Below, piece after piece: positions 37,900 to 50,390 of a stretch of DNA of 64,000 bases. The translations under genes were made by a program, and so were the position numbers. The first letter of the stretch is position 1; each line of letters starts with the position of its first letter. This DNA comes from Felis catus (Eukaryota): positions 28,956,001 through 29,020,000 of the forward strand of contig NC_058383.1 in the NCBI RefSeq assembly GCF_018350175.1, in the 5' to 3' direction. The notes beneath the pieces were generated by a model, which did not search any database, was not told the DNA's origin, and saw nothing but the letters and a program-made list of their open reading frames with translations.

Positions 37900-38620
37900 C
37901 TGATCAATTCTGGACGCGCAACCAACGGCTGCGGCAGGGGCTCCTGGGAGGCAGGCGTCCCTTCGTTCCACTCCAAAATGTGTGGAAGCGATGCCTCCTC
38001 CCTCCCGCCCTGGGGAGATCCTGGAGCGGTAGGCTCTGACCCTGACCCCTGAGGGGACGCAGGCAAGTCCCGGCGATCCGCCTTGTCGACGTAGGGCTCT
38101 CGGGAAAGGACGGGGAAGTTGGCCACGCGAGGGTCCGGGCCCGGTGGCCGAGACCGCGGATGCTTAGGACTCGGGCCTGGGCGAGGAAAGCCCCGCGCAC
38201 CTGCTTCTCTAACCCGTCCCCCACAGCCGTCCTCAATACGCCGCCCCGAAATGCAGCCCGGGCCTCCCTTTGCCCTTTCCCGCCACGCTGGGGCTTACCA
38301 CTCTGTTCCTTCCGGGCCCACCCGGCCGCCGCCCGCCTCCCGGACCCCCACGGAAGCAGAGGAAGAGGTGGCCACTTCACTTCCGGAAGTAACCGAAGAC
38401 TTACTGAGGAGAAGAGTGCCCGGGCCCACGACCATAGAGGAGAAGCCGCACTCTTCTCCCAACCCTCTCAACCCCGCGACCTCCCCGCTGCCTAGAGCGG
38501 CCACTCCCCGGCCGAGGATTTCGGCGCATGCGTGCCACCGCCGGCCCCGCCCGTTCCTCTCTAGAAATAAACTCGGGGCCACGGTGGCGTTACACCCAGA
38601 GGGTGAGGCGGGTGTCTGGT
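37900..38620 (-). promoter_or_regulatory. BFAR: BFAR CpG-island promoter: palindromic ETS site ACTTCCGGAAGT (38379-38390), NRF1-like GCGCATGCG (38524-38532), GC box (38543-38552)
   Basis: High CpG density; motifs read directly from the sequence; lies next to a strong minus-strand donor. Confidence 0.8.
38299..38390 (-). other. BFAR: BFAR non-coding exon 1 (5' end approximate)
   Basis: Donor GTG|gtaagc at 38299/38298 inside the CpG island; no ATG between the ETS site and the donor. Confidence 0.7.
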
Positions 38621-39012
38621 TCAGGTCCTCTTGGGAGGTTGTCTCTGTCTGGAGGAAACAGCTTTACCCAGAACTTAAATAAGACCGCACTGTATTCTCC
38701 ACAAAGATTTTTTGCAGAAAATCCCAGGACTTTGGCGGAAGTTCTCTGTGTAGTGTTAAGAACGGGAATTAAAGTGACTTTATGAACCTTTTTTTCTCCC
38801 ATTGTTTCGGGGCGTTGAGAATTCATGCTGGGTATTTTTAAACCACTGGCCTGGAGTTTGTTAAACTGATCGTTTGGAGTGACATTTTTCTTTCTAACAT
38901 AACAGATTGGCAAGGAATTAAAAGACTGGTCCTATGCTAGGGCAGGGAGTGTGAACTCATTTTCTGGAGGGTAATTTGTGTCAGTGTCAGTGTCAGTGTG
39001 GATGTGTGTGTG

Positions 39013-40690
39013 ATACGACATAAAATTTAGCATTTTAACCATTTTTAAGTGTACAGTTTAGTGGCATTCAGTACTTTCACGTAGTTGTACATCTATCATC
39101 AGCATCCATCTCCAGGACTTTTTCACCTTAGCAAACTGAAAATCCATACTCATTAAACGTTTCCAACCCGCACTTTCTCTGCAGCCTCTGGGAACCACCT
39201 TTCGACCTTATGCCTTGTCAATGTGACTTCGCTAGGTACTTCACGTGAGTGGCATCATACTGTATTTGCCTTTTTGTGACTGGCTTATTTCACTTAGCAT
39301 AATATCCTTAAGGTTTATCTACCTTGTAACGTGTCAGAATGTCCTTCCTTTGTAAGGCTCGATAACATTCCATTCTAAGTATATACAACTTTTTGTTTAT
39401 CTGTTAATGGACACTGGGTTGTTTCCACCCTTTGGCTATTGTGAATAGTGCTACTAAGAACACGTGTGTGCAAATACCTATTCAAGCCTCTGCTTTCAGT
39501 ATTTTTAGGTGCATGCCCAAAAGTGGAATTGCTGCATTACATGATAATTCTATTTAAAAAATTTTTCAGAATCTCCATACTGTTTTCCACAGCGGCCACA
39601 CCATTTTAGCTTGCCACCAACAGCACACAAGGGTTTCAGTTTCTCAGCGAAGGGATGTGAAAGGATTGGAAAAAAAGAAAGGCAGCTCTTTCTGCCCACA
39701 GGTCCTGTCCCAGTGCTTTAATAAAACCACCCTTTTTTTTGCGTCAAAAAAAGGGGAGGGGATGGGAAAGGATATCTCATTACTGTTTTTCTTTGTGTTA
39801 GTGATGCTGAACATCTTTTCATGTGCTTACTGGTGATTTGTACATCTTTGGGAAAATGTTTATTGAAGACCTTTGACTATTTTTTAATCAGGTTCCTTTT
39901 TGTCATTGAATTGTAGGAGTCCTTTATGTATTGCAGATATTAGTCCCTTATCAGATATACAGTTTGCAAATATTTTCTCCCGTTACATGGGTTGCGTTTT
40001 CACTTTGATGATAGTATCCTTTCCTGCACAAGTGTCATAAATTTCGATGTCTGATTCATCTATTTTTTCTTTTGCTGCCTGTGCTTTGGGTATCATATTT
40101 AAATAATAAAATCATTGCCGAATACAATGTGAGGAGGCTTTTGCTTTATGTTTTCTTCTAAGAGTCTTATAGTTTCACCTCTTACATTTAGATGTTTCAT
40201 CTATTTTAATTTTTTAAAATGTTTATTTATTTCTTTAGAGAGAGAGCGAGCATGTGTGAGCAGGGGAGGGGCAGAGAGAGAGAGGGAGAGAGACCCAAGC
40301 AGGCTCCCCTCTGTCAGTGCAGAGCCCAATGTGGGGCTCAGTCCCACAAACCTTGAGATCATGACCTGAGCTGAAATCAAGTCAGACACTTAACCAACTG
40401 AGCCACCCAGGTGCCCATATTTTGAGTTAATTTTTATTTTATATATAATTTTTATTTGGTATAAAGTAAGGATCCAACTTCATTTTCTCCCATGTGGACA
40501 TCCAGTGTTCCCAACACTATTACTGGCAAGACTGTTCTTTTCCCACCGAGTGATTTCAGCACACTTGTAAATCATATGTCCTTAGATGCAAGGGTTTATT
40601 TGGGGGAGGGTCTCTATTTCATTGGTTTCTAGGTTTTTCTTTATGCCAATACCACACTGTTCTGACTACTGTAGCTTTGTAGCAAGTTTT
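39013..40690 (-). mobile_element. Old L1 (L1M-like) 3' fragment between the BFAR and PARN promoters, with a SINE inserted at ~40210-40416
   Basis: Antisense L1 hallmarks (tttttgtgactggcttatttcacttagcataat, ccttatcagatata...tttgcaaatattttctcc, tactgtagctttgtag). Confidence 0.85.
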
Positions 40691-42266
40691 CTTATGTATT
40701 TATTTAAATTACTTAAATTTTATTTAAATTACTTTAAATTGCTTATTTAAAATTATTTAAATTTCTTAAAATTTAAATTTAAGTGCCATATATGTTTAGT
40801 ACTTTCTGTATTTGACTTTTTTTCTTTTTTTTAAGTAGACTTCACACCCAGTGTGGAGCCTAAAGCAGGGCTTGAGCTCATGACCGTGAGATGAAGACCT
40901 GAGCTGAGATCAAGAGTCCGACACTTAGCTGACTGAACCACCCAGGTACCCTGTATTGCACTTTTTAAGCCGAAACAAAAAAAAGAGAAATATTTCAAGC
41001 CTGAGGTTCGACTACTTATCATATTTTTCTCCTTCCCATTTCCCTGCACTCTAGAATTCGCATTTACTCTCTGCTGTTCACATTAAGATAGTTGACATAA
41101 TTACCTATATGTAAATTTCCACTGAATGAGGCAAGGGAAATGAATTTGTTGAGGGAATTGGTGGGGAAAATATGGCCAGACTCTTATGTGTTCTTTAGAA
41201 TATTTAATACTGCATTTTGGTGGAGAAATGGTCATCTTTTTTTTTTTTTTTTTTTTCAAAAAACAGAACGGATTTTGTACTCAATAAATGTCAAAGTAAG
41301 GTGTGAACGCAAGGGAATTGTGGCAAGGCACAACTCTAATCCTGTCTTACATTGACGCAGCACTCTACACTTCACAGACATCATCACCCATCCTCAACCC
41401 TATTTAGTGGATGAGAAGATCGAGGTTTAGGAATGATGAATACGTTCCAAACCTAATTAATGGCAAAGGTAGCCTTTGAAAGCTGGTCTTCTAACCAACT
41501 ACATAGTCGGCTTTTGTGAAAGATGAAAGTGAATTCATTCACTCAGCTATGTTTATCGAGCATCTACGGTGTATCGACACCGTTGTAGGCTCTGGGGATC
41601 CACAGTATACTCCAAACCAACCAAACCAAGACTTCATCTATTTTGTTCGCCAGTCCCAGTGGCTAGTGCAGTAGGTCTCAGCTTTGTATTCTCTTCACCT
41701 CTCTTAGGTAACCCTCCCTCCAGTTACTCCGCCCCCCCCATTATTTTTATTAGAGCACCGGGCTCTCGCTCTTCATAGCGCTGATTGTGTTTCCAAGTGG
41801 CAAGTTTGATACCTGCCTGACTTTCCCCCTTTTCCCCCAAGTTAAGCTCCAAAGGGGCAAAGATTTTGTCTCCTCTGTTCAACACTGTATCCCCACGCGT
41901 TTGAGAGCGCCTGGCGCATAATATCGCCAGGAAATATTTGTTCACCAATTGGGCGTCAAGACATGCTTATTTCTTAATCTGAACTTGCTGTCCCACGTCT
42001 GGCCTCGCAAGTTAGCCCACGTCTGGGCGATTTCCATAGCCACGCCCCTTCTCCAGCCCTGAAGTAGTGAAAAGAGCCCAGGCTGGCCCCGCCCCCGCCG
42101 CTGACGCAGACACACGTGACGCGCGCCGGCGCGCGCTGTTTCCGGAAGTCGCCGCCGCGGTCTCCGCCGCTTCTGCCTTCGCTGCTGCTGCGGTCCCAGC
42201 GGAACTTTTCGTGTAGGACGGCCGAGGCGGGCCCAGGCGGGGCCGGGGTTCCGGCCACTCTGCAGA

Positions 42267-42285
42267 ATGGAGATAATCAGGAGCA
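42267..42285 (+). CDS. PARN: Poly(A)-specific ribonuclease, exon 1 CDS (MEIIRS-)
   Basis: Kozak agaATGG; donor A|gtgcgt; 19 nt. Confidence 0.95.
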
Positions 42286-42734
42286 GTGCGTGTCGCGCCG
42301 TGCATCACCCCGAGACTCAAGGCCCCCTCACCCGGCCTGCTAGGCCCAGACCAGCGCCGGTGTGCTTGGCGGGGCCTGGGGCTGAAGCATCCCCTCAGGG
42401 GTTTGCCTCCCCTGAAGTCTGTGAGCTTTAGGGGGTCTTGTCCCTGCCTTGTCCTGCCTTGTCCTGCCCGGGCGTCCCCCAGGGCTGTGTGCCTCTGTGG
42501 CCCGTGCACCCTCGGGGCTGGTCGTCCTCCGGCCCGCGCACCCACTGGGGACTTGATCCCCTCCCACCATGCACCCCTCGGGGACTTGATACTCTGTCTT
42601 GTTTATCCCTCTAGGACTTGTCCTCCTCCCGCCTGAGGCCTCAGGATCTTCCCAGTCCTTCCCTTTCCCATTAGGAGCTCTTGAGGCAGGAAGCCCGGCC
42701 ACCGGTTCTGAGCCTCTTCTCGGTTTCTCCGCAG

Positions 42735-42812
42735 ATTTTAAGAGTAATCTTCAAAAAGTGTACCAGGCCATAGAGGAGGCCGACTTCTTCGCCATCGATG
42801 GGGAGTTTTCAG
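42735..42812 (+). CDS. PARN: PARN exon 2: (N)[25 protein letters not shown](G), containing the first DxE of the DEDD/CAF1 nuclease
   Basis: Acceptor ccgcag|, donor G|gtatcc; 78 nt. Confidence 0.97.
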
Positions 42813-44183
42813 GTATCCCTCGCTTGCAAGCTGGGGGCTAGCGATGCATAGCCAACGCTCCTCGTGACCCTCTGACTCCCCGACCCTCCCCCCCCCCCCC
42901 ACTTCTGCCTGCTGGCCCCTCCTGTTTGTGGCCTTGGGCGTTGGTTATATGAGTCTCAACGATTTCCCTTAAGCGTTTCAGTGGCATGGAAGACGTGCAC
43001 TGGGTTTGTGAGGGTTACAGATAGAGATTATGGTTTTGGTCCAGCTTAAAACTGACATGCACGTGGTAGGGTAAAGGTCAGGCTTTTTTGTGCGTATGAT
43101 AAAATATACATCACTAAAATTTACTGTTTTATTTTTTCTAAAGATTTTATTATTTTTTAAGTAATCTCTGTACTCAGGGTGAGACTCGAACTTACAACCC
43201 CGGAGATAGTCACAGGCTCCACCAAGTGAGCCAGCCAGGTTCCCCTAAAATCTTACTATTTTAACCATCTTTAAGTGGTCATTAAGCACATCCACATTGT
43301 CTTGCATCCATCTCCAAAACTTTTCCATTTTATCAAACTGGTATTCTACTAATTGGACAGTAACTCCATTTTTCCCTCCCCACTGCCTCTGGCAGTCATT
43401 ATTTCTGTCTTCTATGAATTTGACTGTTCTAGGCACTTCCTGTAGGTGGAATCATCCGATATTTTTCCTTTATGACTGACTTTAGCGTCAGGCTCTTGGA
43501 GGTAATGAAGGTTTTCCTTTATGCATTAGTGGAAGTGTTCATTGCCTACCTCCGCATGGTGTATATGTGTGTGTAATGCTTTACCAACACTTACAGTTGC
43601 AAAGTTTTTTTCTCCCCCTTTGGATGAAAGACTAATTTCTGAGTTTTTGAAGTCAGTGTGAACAATTGCTATAGATAGCCACTTTTGCTAGCAGATTTTA
43701 TATGTTAAAAACACTTCAGACCTTTCTAAAGGAAATATGTTCCTTACCTTTAAGCATGAAGTGTCTAGCTGGAGTCAGTTCACTGAGAAGCTGTGTTTTC
43801 ACCAGAAATAAGTTTTCTTTTTGACCTTCAAAATTCCTTTGTTGTGTATAGATCTTTCTCCAAACGGTTAATCAAGACTTGTACTCTAGCAATAATATGC
43901 GTCATGATTCCTTGATGTCTGATTATGCATTAATCCTTTTGAAAGCAGAAAACTTAATTAATTATAGAGATTGCTTTCTTAAGTCATTACTGTGTTTTGA
44001 AACCTATTTTAGACCCTGGAACTGGGTCTAAATTGAAGCATTTTCATCTCTGAATTCGTTATTACAGAGTTCAGCTTGATGGCCAGTGAAATTAATACTA
44101 ATTTTGAAAAAGTGAAGTAAGGAGTGCTTTCAAGTAATCTTAATTCATAAGAAAATGAAATTACACAGCCTTTGAATAGTTGA

Positions 44184-44369
<186 letters not shown>

Positions 44370-44738
44370 TAAACTTGCACGTTAACTTCTCTAATCCCAG
44401 CTGTGAAATGATATTTTAGTGATGTTAAAAAACAACAGCAAAAATAATTGTTTGCTGGAAAACATTTGGGGAAGGTTTACTATTTTCATTGTTAATTTGA
44501 TTGATAGGAAATATGATGGGGTGATAGTAATCATTTGCAGATCGGCCTACTGTGATGCTCTGGTTGGTGGATAGGTGGTTAATCAGGAAAAATATTAAGA
44601 AGCATTTATAAGTTAACGCTTCTGACACAAAAGGTGTAGCCTGTTGTAATCGGAAGCATTCTGCTAAAAGTCCAATTGAGTAGTTAGAAACCCCACCTGC
44701 CTGAGTGTACTCTTGTCACATTGAATATACAGCACTGA

Positions 44739-44837
<99 letters not shown>

Positions 44838-44920
44838 TAGGTTGTTTTAACAAGCAGTGGATTTCTTTTCTCGTGCTATAATGTAACCCACTAAGTCCCC
44901 TTTTATCTTATTTCCCCCAG

Positions 44921-45002
44921 GTATATAACGAAGTCATTTAACTTCTATGTTTTCCCGAAACCCTTCAATAGATCCTCGCCAGATGTCAAGTTTGTTTGTC
45001 AG
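44921..45002 (+). CDS. PARN: PARN exon 5: [27 protein letters not shown]
   Basis: Acceptor cccccag|, donor CAG|gttggt; 82 nt; preceded by an 84-nt intron. Confidence 0.96.
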
Positions 45003-45434
45003 GTTGGTAGCAGAATTGATTTTCTTCTGTTATGAATTGTTGATGAGGCAGTAACGTGGAATCAGAATTCTTTTTTAAAATTCGGTTCTACTGCTACCTT
45101 TGGGCTTTCGGCAAGCCGTTCCACCTCTCTGGCTTGCAGTTTTAGGGTTGTGAATGAACAACACTGCTGTCTTCCTCTTTGCTTCAGAATCAAGGGATAA
45201 GAGCAAGAAACAGGCAGATGGAAACCAGAACACGAGGTGTATTGTGAGCAAAGCTGACTTTGGGAACATGGCTCTGTTGGGGACTTTTAACGTTTGGCCC
45301 CTGATTTGAACCCATAGATCAGGTCCTTCAGGCTTCTTCCCACCCCTTTATCTTTGTTCCCATCTCTAAGGGTGGAGCTTTATTTTCCAGAGGAATAAGT
45401 ATGTGTGTATCTCGTTTAAAAAGAGAGAACCCAG

Positions 45435-45506
45435 TTGGGATGAGCACTGGGTGTTGTATGTAAGCCAGTTTGATAACAAATTGTATTAAAAAAATAATAA
45501 ATAAAA
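45435..45506 (+). mobile_element. Extremely 5'-truncated L1 (3' terminus only) with TSD
   Basis: gggatgagcactgggtgttgtatgtaag...A-rich tail; TSD AGAACCCAG at 45426-45434 and 45507-45515. Confidence 0.75.
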
Positions 45507-46746
45507 AGAACCCAGAAGGGGCTACACTGCATACATATGCTTATTTCTTTTTCCCAAGTTTCCCAGTTAGGAAAAAGAGTCCACGGTTTGCCCCTGAGGA
45601 GGAGAGGGCATACTTTCTGAGCCAAGGTAAGGATACAGGGAGGTTCCCCTTTAGAACATCACCTTTAGAATTGGAACCCATCTGTTTGACACTAAATATC
45701 AGTTTCCTCTTCCTGTACTCTTAATAATCTGTGATAGTGATAAGGAGGGTGTGAAAAAGCTGTGTAGTATATGGAAATGTGATTAGGGCTGAGGGTCGAT
45801 CTTGTTTTCCCTTCCAATCTTGTGTCCTCGCTTCTCTCCGGGTGGCATCATTAGTTCATGTGAGTCTTGCCATCCTTCCCTTCTTCTCCACATAAGTAGG
45901 AACACAGCTGGGAAAGCCTGGGGGGTAGGCTTCTGAGTGACTGAGCCATACCAGATTCTTTGTGTAATATGGCAAGAGAGAAACAAGTGAAATAATGAGT
46001 TATTCATATGTCTGGGGCTGAAGAGAAAAGGTGAAGGCAGTTTTGGTCTTGTAACCTGGCTTCTCAAATTACCAAGTAGGCCTTTATTCAGCAACTGGTT
46101 GATAACTACTTAACAATTCCCTTAGTAGGGGATACTAATGAGACAGTATTTATAGATTCTCAAGTTTTCCAGTGGTACCAGGAGAAGACAGAAATGTAAG
46201 TGGGTTCTATGGCTTTAGCCGGGAGTCAGTCAGGCAAAAGTGGACATTGGCCATGAGACACCTTTGGATGATGCTTTGTTCTAAAATGCCACCACAAGTA
46301 CAGTTATTCTAGGAGATCCACTAGAAGTGGATCAGAAGAATCTACCTGTTGTACAAAGCTATTCTGTGGCTACACCTGGAATATTTAATGCAATCTAGTT
46401 GCTAGCCACTCCCTAAAAAAAATACGATAGGTTTGAACAGGCTAGAGACCCCTGTCTAAAATGGACAATGGGATAAGCGTGTTAACAGTGTTTTAGTCTG
46501 AAAACGCAAAGGCAGAGAAAAGATTTACACTCAGTATGAACTTGTGAATTGTTTGGCTGGAGTGAATGATAGTATTTTTGGGGCGTCTGGGTGGCTCAGC
46601 CAGTTAAGTGTCCGACTTCGGCTCAAGTCATGCTCTCATGGTTCGTGGGTTCGAGCCCTGTGTGGGGCTCTGTGCTCACAGCTTGGAGCCTGGAGCCTGT
46701 TTCAGATTCTGTGTCTCCCTCTCTCTCTCTGCCCCTCCCCTGCTCA

Positions 46747-46783
<37 letters not shown>

Positions 46784-47322
46784 AAAAATAAACAAACATT
46801 AAAAAAATTTTTAAGTGAACAATAATATTTTTGAATTTTCTTATTTTTGGTTCTCAATCTAGGGTGGTTTCTGTTTTGTTTAAAATTCTTTGAAAGAATT
46901 TTTTTTTAATGTTTATTTTTTGAGAGAGAGAGAGAGTGAGCAGGGGAGGGGCAGAGAGAGAGACACACACACAGAATGGGAAGCAGGCTCCAGGCTCTGA
47001 GCTGTGAGCACAGAGCCCGACACAGGACTTGAACTCACGAACTGCAAGATCATGACCTGAGCTAAAGTTGGATGCTTAACCGACCGAGGCACATAGGAGC
47101 CCCTGTTTTGTTTAAAATTCTAAGACTGCAGCACTTGCATCTTACAAGGAAGTTAGCTTCTTGACTCACAGAGCAGGGTGAAAATTGTGTCTGGTCAAAA
47201 ACCACTCTTGGAGGGCACCTGGGTTCACGAGTTCGAGCCTAGCATCAGGCTCTGCACTGACAGCTCAGAGCCTGGAGCCTGCTTTGGATTCTGGGTCTCC
47301 CTCTCTTTCTGCCCCTTCCCTG

Positions 47323-47355
<33 letters not shown>

Positions 47356-47477
47356 AAAAATAAATAAAACACTAAAAAAATTTAAAAATTAAAAACAAAA
47401 CAAAATATGAGATCATGACCTGCGAGCCAAAATCAAGAGTCAGACGTTCAATTCATTGAGACACCCAGGCGCCCCCA

Positions 47478-47727
47478 TGTTTCACTTTCAATATGGTATT
47501 CAATAAATTACATTACATACTTAATGCCATATTATAAAATGCTTTGTGTTAGATGATTTTGCCCAATAGCAAGCTAATGTAAGTGTTCTGAGCACGCGTA
47601 AGATAGGCTAGGCTAAGCTGCGATGTTCAGTGGGTCAGGTATACTGAAAGCAGTTTCAACTTAACACTATTTTCGACTTAGAGTCGGTTTATTGGGGCAT
47701 GCACCATCGTAAGTGGAAGAAGTTCTG
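47478..47727 (-). mobile_element. 5' half of a MER47/Tigger5-type (TcMar-Tigger) DNA transposon, inverted relative to its 3' half
   Basis: ttagatgattttgcccaa...gctaatgtaagtgttctgagcacg...ggctaggctaagct...catcgtaagt...ctg is the reverse complement of the recalled MER47 5' portion. Confidence 0.75.
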
Positions 47728-48786
47728 TGTATGTATACATGTATGTAAAAGCTAGAAAAGAGTGAGATGGGGAAGGAGGTGGCACGTGGAAGAGAGTATT
47801 AAAAAAAGAAACTCGTTTCTTACCCTAGAGTCAGGAGGAGTATTTTCATATGTCACAGTCGTTTACGTATTATTGTCAGTGAATTCAACATTTGATGTTC
47901 AGCTAGAAAAATGGAGAGAAAGAGATGAAAACAATGTGAATGCCTAAATATAGATGGTTGCCAGAGGGGAAGGAGGTAGGTGGATGGGCAAAGTGGGTGA
48001 AGGGAGTGGAAGGTACAGGCTTCTGGTCATGGAATGAGCAAGTCATGGCAACAAAAGGTACAGCATAGGGAACACAGTCAGTGATGTTGTAATACTTTTG
48101 GAGGGTGACACGTGGTAGCTACCCTTGTGAGCACAGCATGACATACATACAGAGATAGTGAATCACTATGTTGTACACCTGAAACTAGCGTGATATTATA
48201 TATCAGCTGTACTCAAAAAATTTTTGAAATAATGTAAATACCTGCCATCCCACAGGATGGGTACCTTCCCTGGGAGTGTGTGTGGTTCTCAGTCTGCCCG
48301 CTCTTCCATATCCTGCCCAGTGTGTGAGCATCTCACTGTGCGTACAGACGCTTATTTTGCAAGGAGCACCTTCAGTTGCTTTGTTTCCAAACTCTATCTG
48401 CTTTAACAGTGATAAGAGCTTTCCAAGAGTGATTTTTTTTTAAAAAAAAAATTATATTTATTTATTTTTGAGAGAGGGGGAGAGAGACAGAGAGCAAGCA
48501 GGGGAAGGGCAGAGAGAGAGGGAGACACAGAATCCGAAGCAGGCTCCAGGCTCTGAGCTGTCTGCACAGAGCCCGACGCAGGGCTCGAACCCACAAACTG
48601 CGAGATCATGACCTGAGCCGACGTCAGATGCTTTACCGACCCCCATGATCTCATGGTTTTGTGAGATTGAGCCCCGTATCGGGTTCTGCACTAACAGTGC
48701 AGATTCTCTCTCCCTCTCCCACTGCCCCTTCCCTGCTTGTACTCTGTCTCTTCTCTCAAAATAAAAATAAATAAACATTAAAAAAA

Positions 48787-49005
48787 GAAAGTGAAACACA
48801 GAATGGTTGTAAGTGCTGGTGTTTGCATGGCTGACCGAGAGCTGCGGCTGGTGCCGCTGTCCAGCATCGTGAGAGAGTCTTGTACTGTGTATCACTAGTC
48901 TGGAAAAGGTCCAAATTCAAAACTCGAAGTATAGTTTCTACTGAATGCACCACTGTGAGGTGGAAAAATCCTGAGTTGAACCATTGTTAAGTCAGGGACC
49001 ATCTG
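48787..49005 (+). mobile_element. 3' half of the same MER47/Tigger5-type element
   Basis: gaaagtgaaacacagaatggttgta...tcgaagtatagtttctactgaatgc...taagtcagggaccatctg followed by TA. Confidence 0.75.
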
Positions 49006-50150
49006 TATCTGTGTGTCTACACACATGTGTGTAACTTTAGTTCTTTTCTTTAATATACACAGAATTCTGATACTCATACTTTAAATAACTTGCATTTTCC
49101 ACTCAACACAGTTTGTACGTATTTCACAGCGTGGATGTGGGTAATTTATTTAATTTGAATTTAAAAGTTTCCAAAGGTTCTCTATTTTAAATAGTGTTAG
49201 AATCAATATTCATGTGCAGTGTATCTTTGCGTATATGTAGGAATTAAAAAAAATTTTTTTTAATGTTTATTTATTTTTGAAACAGAGAGCACGAGCAGGG
49301 GAGAGGCAGAGAGAGAGGGAGACACAGAATCTGAAGGAGGCTCCAGGCTCTGAGCTGTCAACACAGAGCCAGACGTGGGACACGAACCCACGAACTGCAA
49401 GATCATGACCTTAGCCGAAGTCGGACGCTTAACAGACTGAGCCACTCAGGTCCCCCCCCCCCTTTTTTAAGTAAGCTCTACATCTAATGAGGGGCTCAAA
49501 CTCATGACCCCGAGATCAGGAGTCACACGCGTGCTCCACTGACTGAGCCAGCCAGGTGCCTCCTGTATGTAAGAACATTTTTATAGGATAGATTTCTTAG
49601 AAGGGAAATTGCTGAATCATAAGGCATATGCACTGAAAATTTTGATGGAGGCTTGAGATTGTCATCCCAAATAACTGTGCTTATTTTTTGAATCCTGAAA
49701 ATGATACATTTAGGATAAATCAAAATTAGTGGATACTAAGCACAAATATATTGTGTAGGTTCAATGGATTTTTTTTTTTTAATTATGGTAAGAAATATGT
49801 AACATAAAATTCACCATTTTAAGTAATTCTAAGTTCAGTGGCATTAAGTACATTTCTCTTGTGTAACCTGAAAGGTGGCATTTGAGTGGAAAATACAGAG
49901 CTTCAAAAAGGGATAGGTGAAATTTTTGTTTTACATTTATTTATTTTTGAGAGACAGAGACAGAGCGCAAGTAGGGGAGGGGCAGAGAGAGAGGGAGACA
50001 CAGAATCTGAAGCAGGCTCCAGACTCCAAGCTGTCAACACAGAGCCCAACGCAGGGCTCGAACTCATAAACTGTGAGATCATGACCGAGCAGAAGTTGGG
50101 TGCTTAACCAACTGAACCACCCAGGTGCCCTGGAAAAGAGATGCAGTTTT

Positions 50151-50390
50151 CTTAAAATTTTTTTTTTTTTTTTTAATTTTTTTTTTTCAACGTTTATTTA
50201 TTTTTGGGACAGAGAGAGACAGAGCATGAACGGGGGAGGGGCAGAGAGAGAGGGAGACACAGAATCAGAAACAGGCTCCAGGCTCTGAGCCATCAGCCCA
50301 GAGCCCGACGCGGGGCTCGAACTCATGGACCGCAAGATCGTGACCTGGCTGAAGTCGGACGCCTAACCGACTACGCCACCCAGGCGCCCC
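50151..50390 (-). mobile_element. Young SINEC_Fc-like CAN-SINE with an 18-bp TSD
   Basis: TSD GAAAAGAGATGCAGTTTT at 50133-50150 and 50391-50408. Confidence 0.95.

Larger units (their letters stand above)
41950..42860 (+). promoter_or_regulatory. PARN: PARN CpG-island promoter: GC box ~42085, E-box CACGTG 42113-42118, 16-bp CG palindrome 42120-42135, ETS site TTTCCGGAAGT 42139-42149
   Basis: High CpG density; motifs read directly upstream of the PARN ATG. Confidence 0.85.

Noticed and set aside
37884..38785. Several 80-187 aa ORFs over the BFAR promoter (similarly 41974-42702 at PARN)
   Set aside because: Stop-codon scarcity in CpG islands; the translations are Pro/Arg/Gly-rich with no domain.
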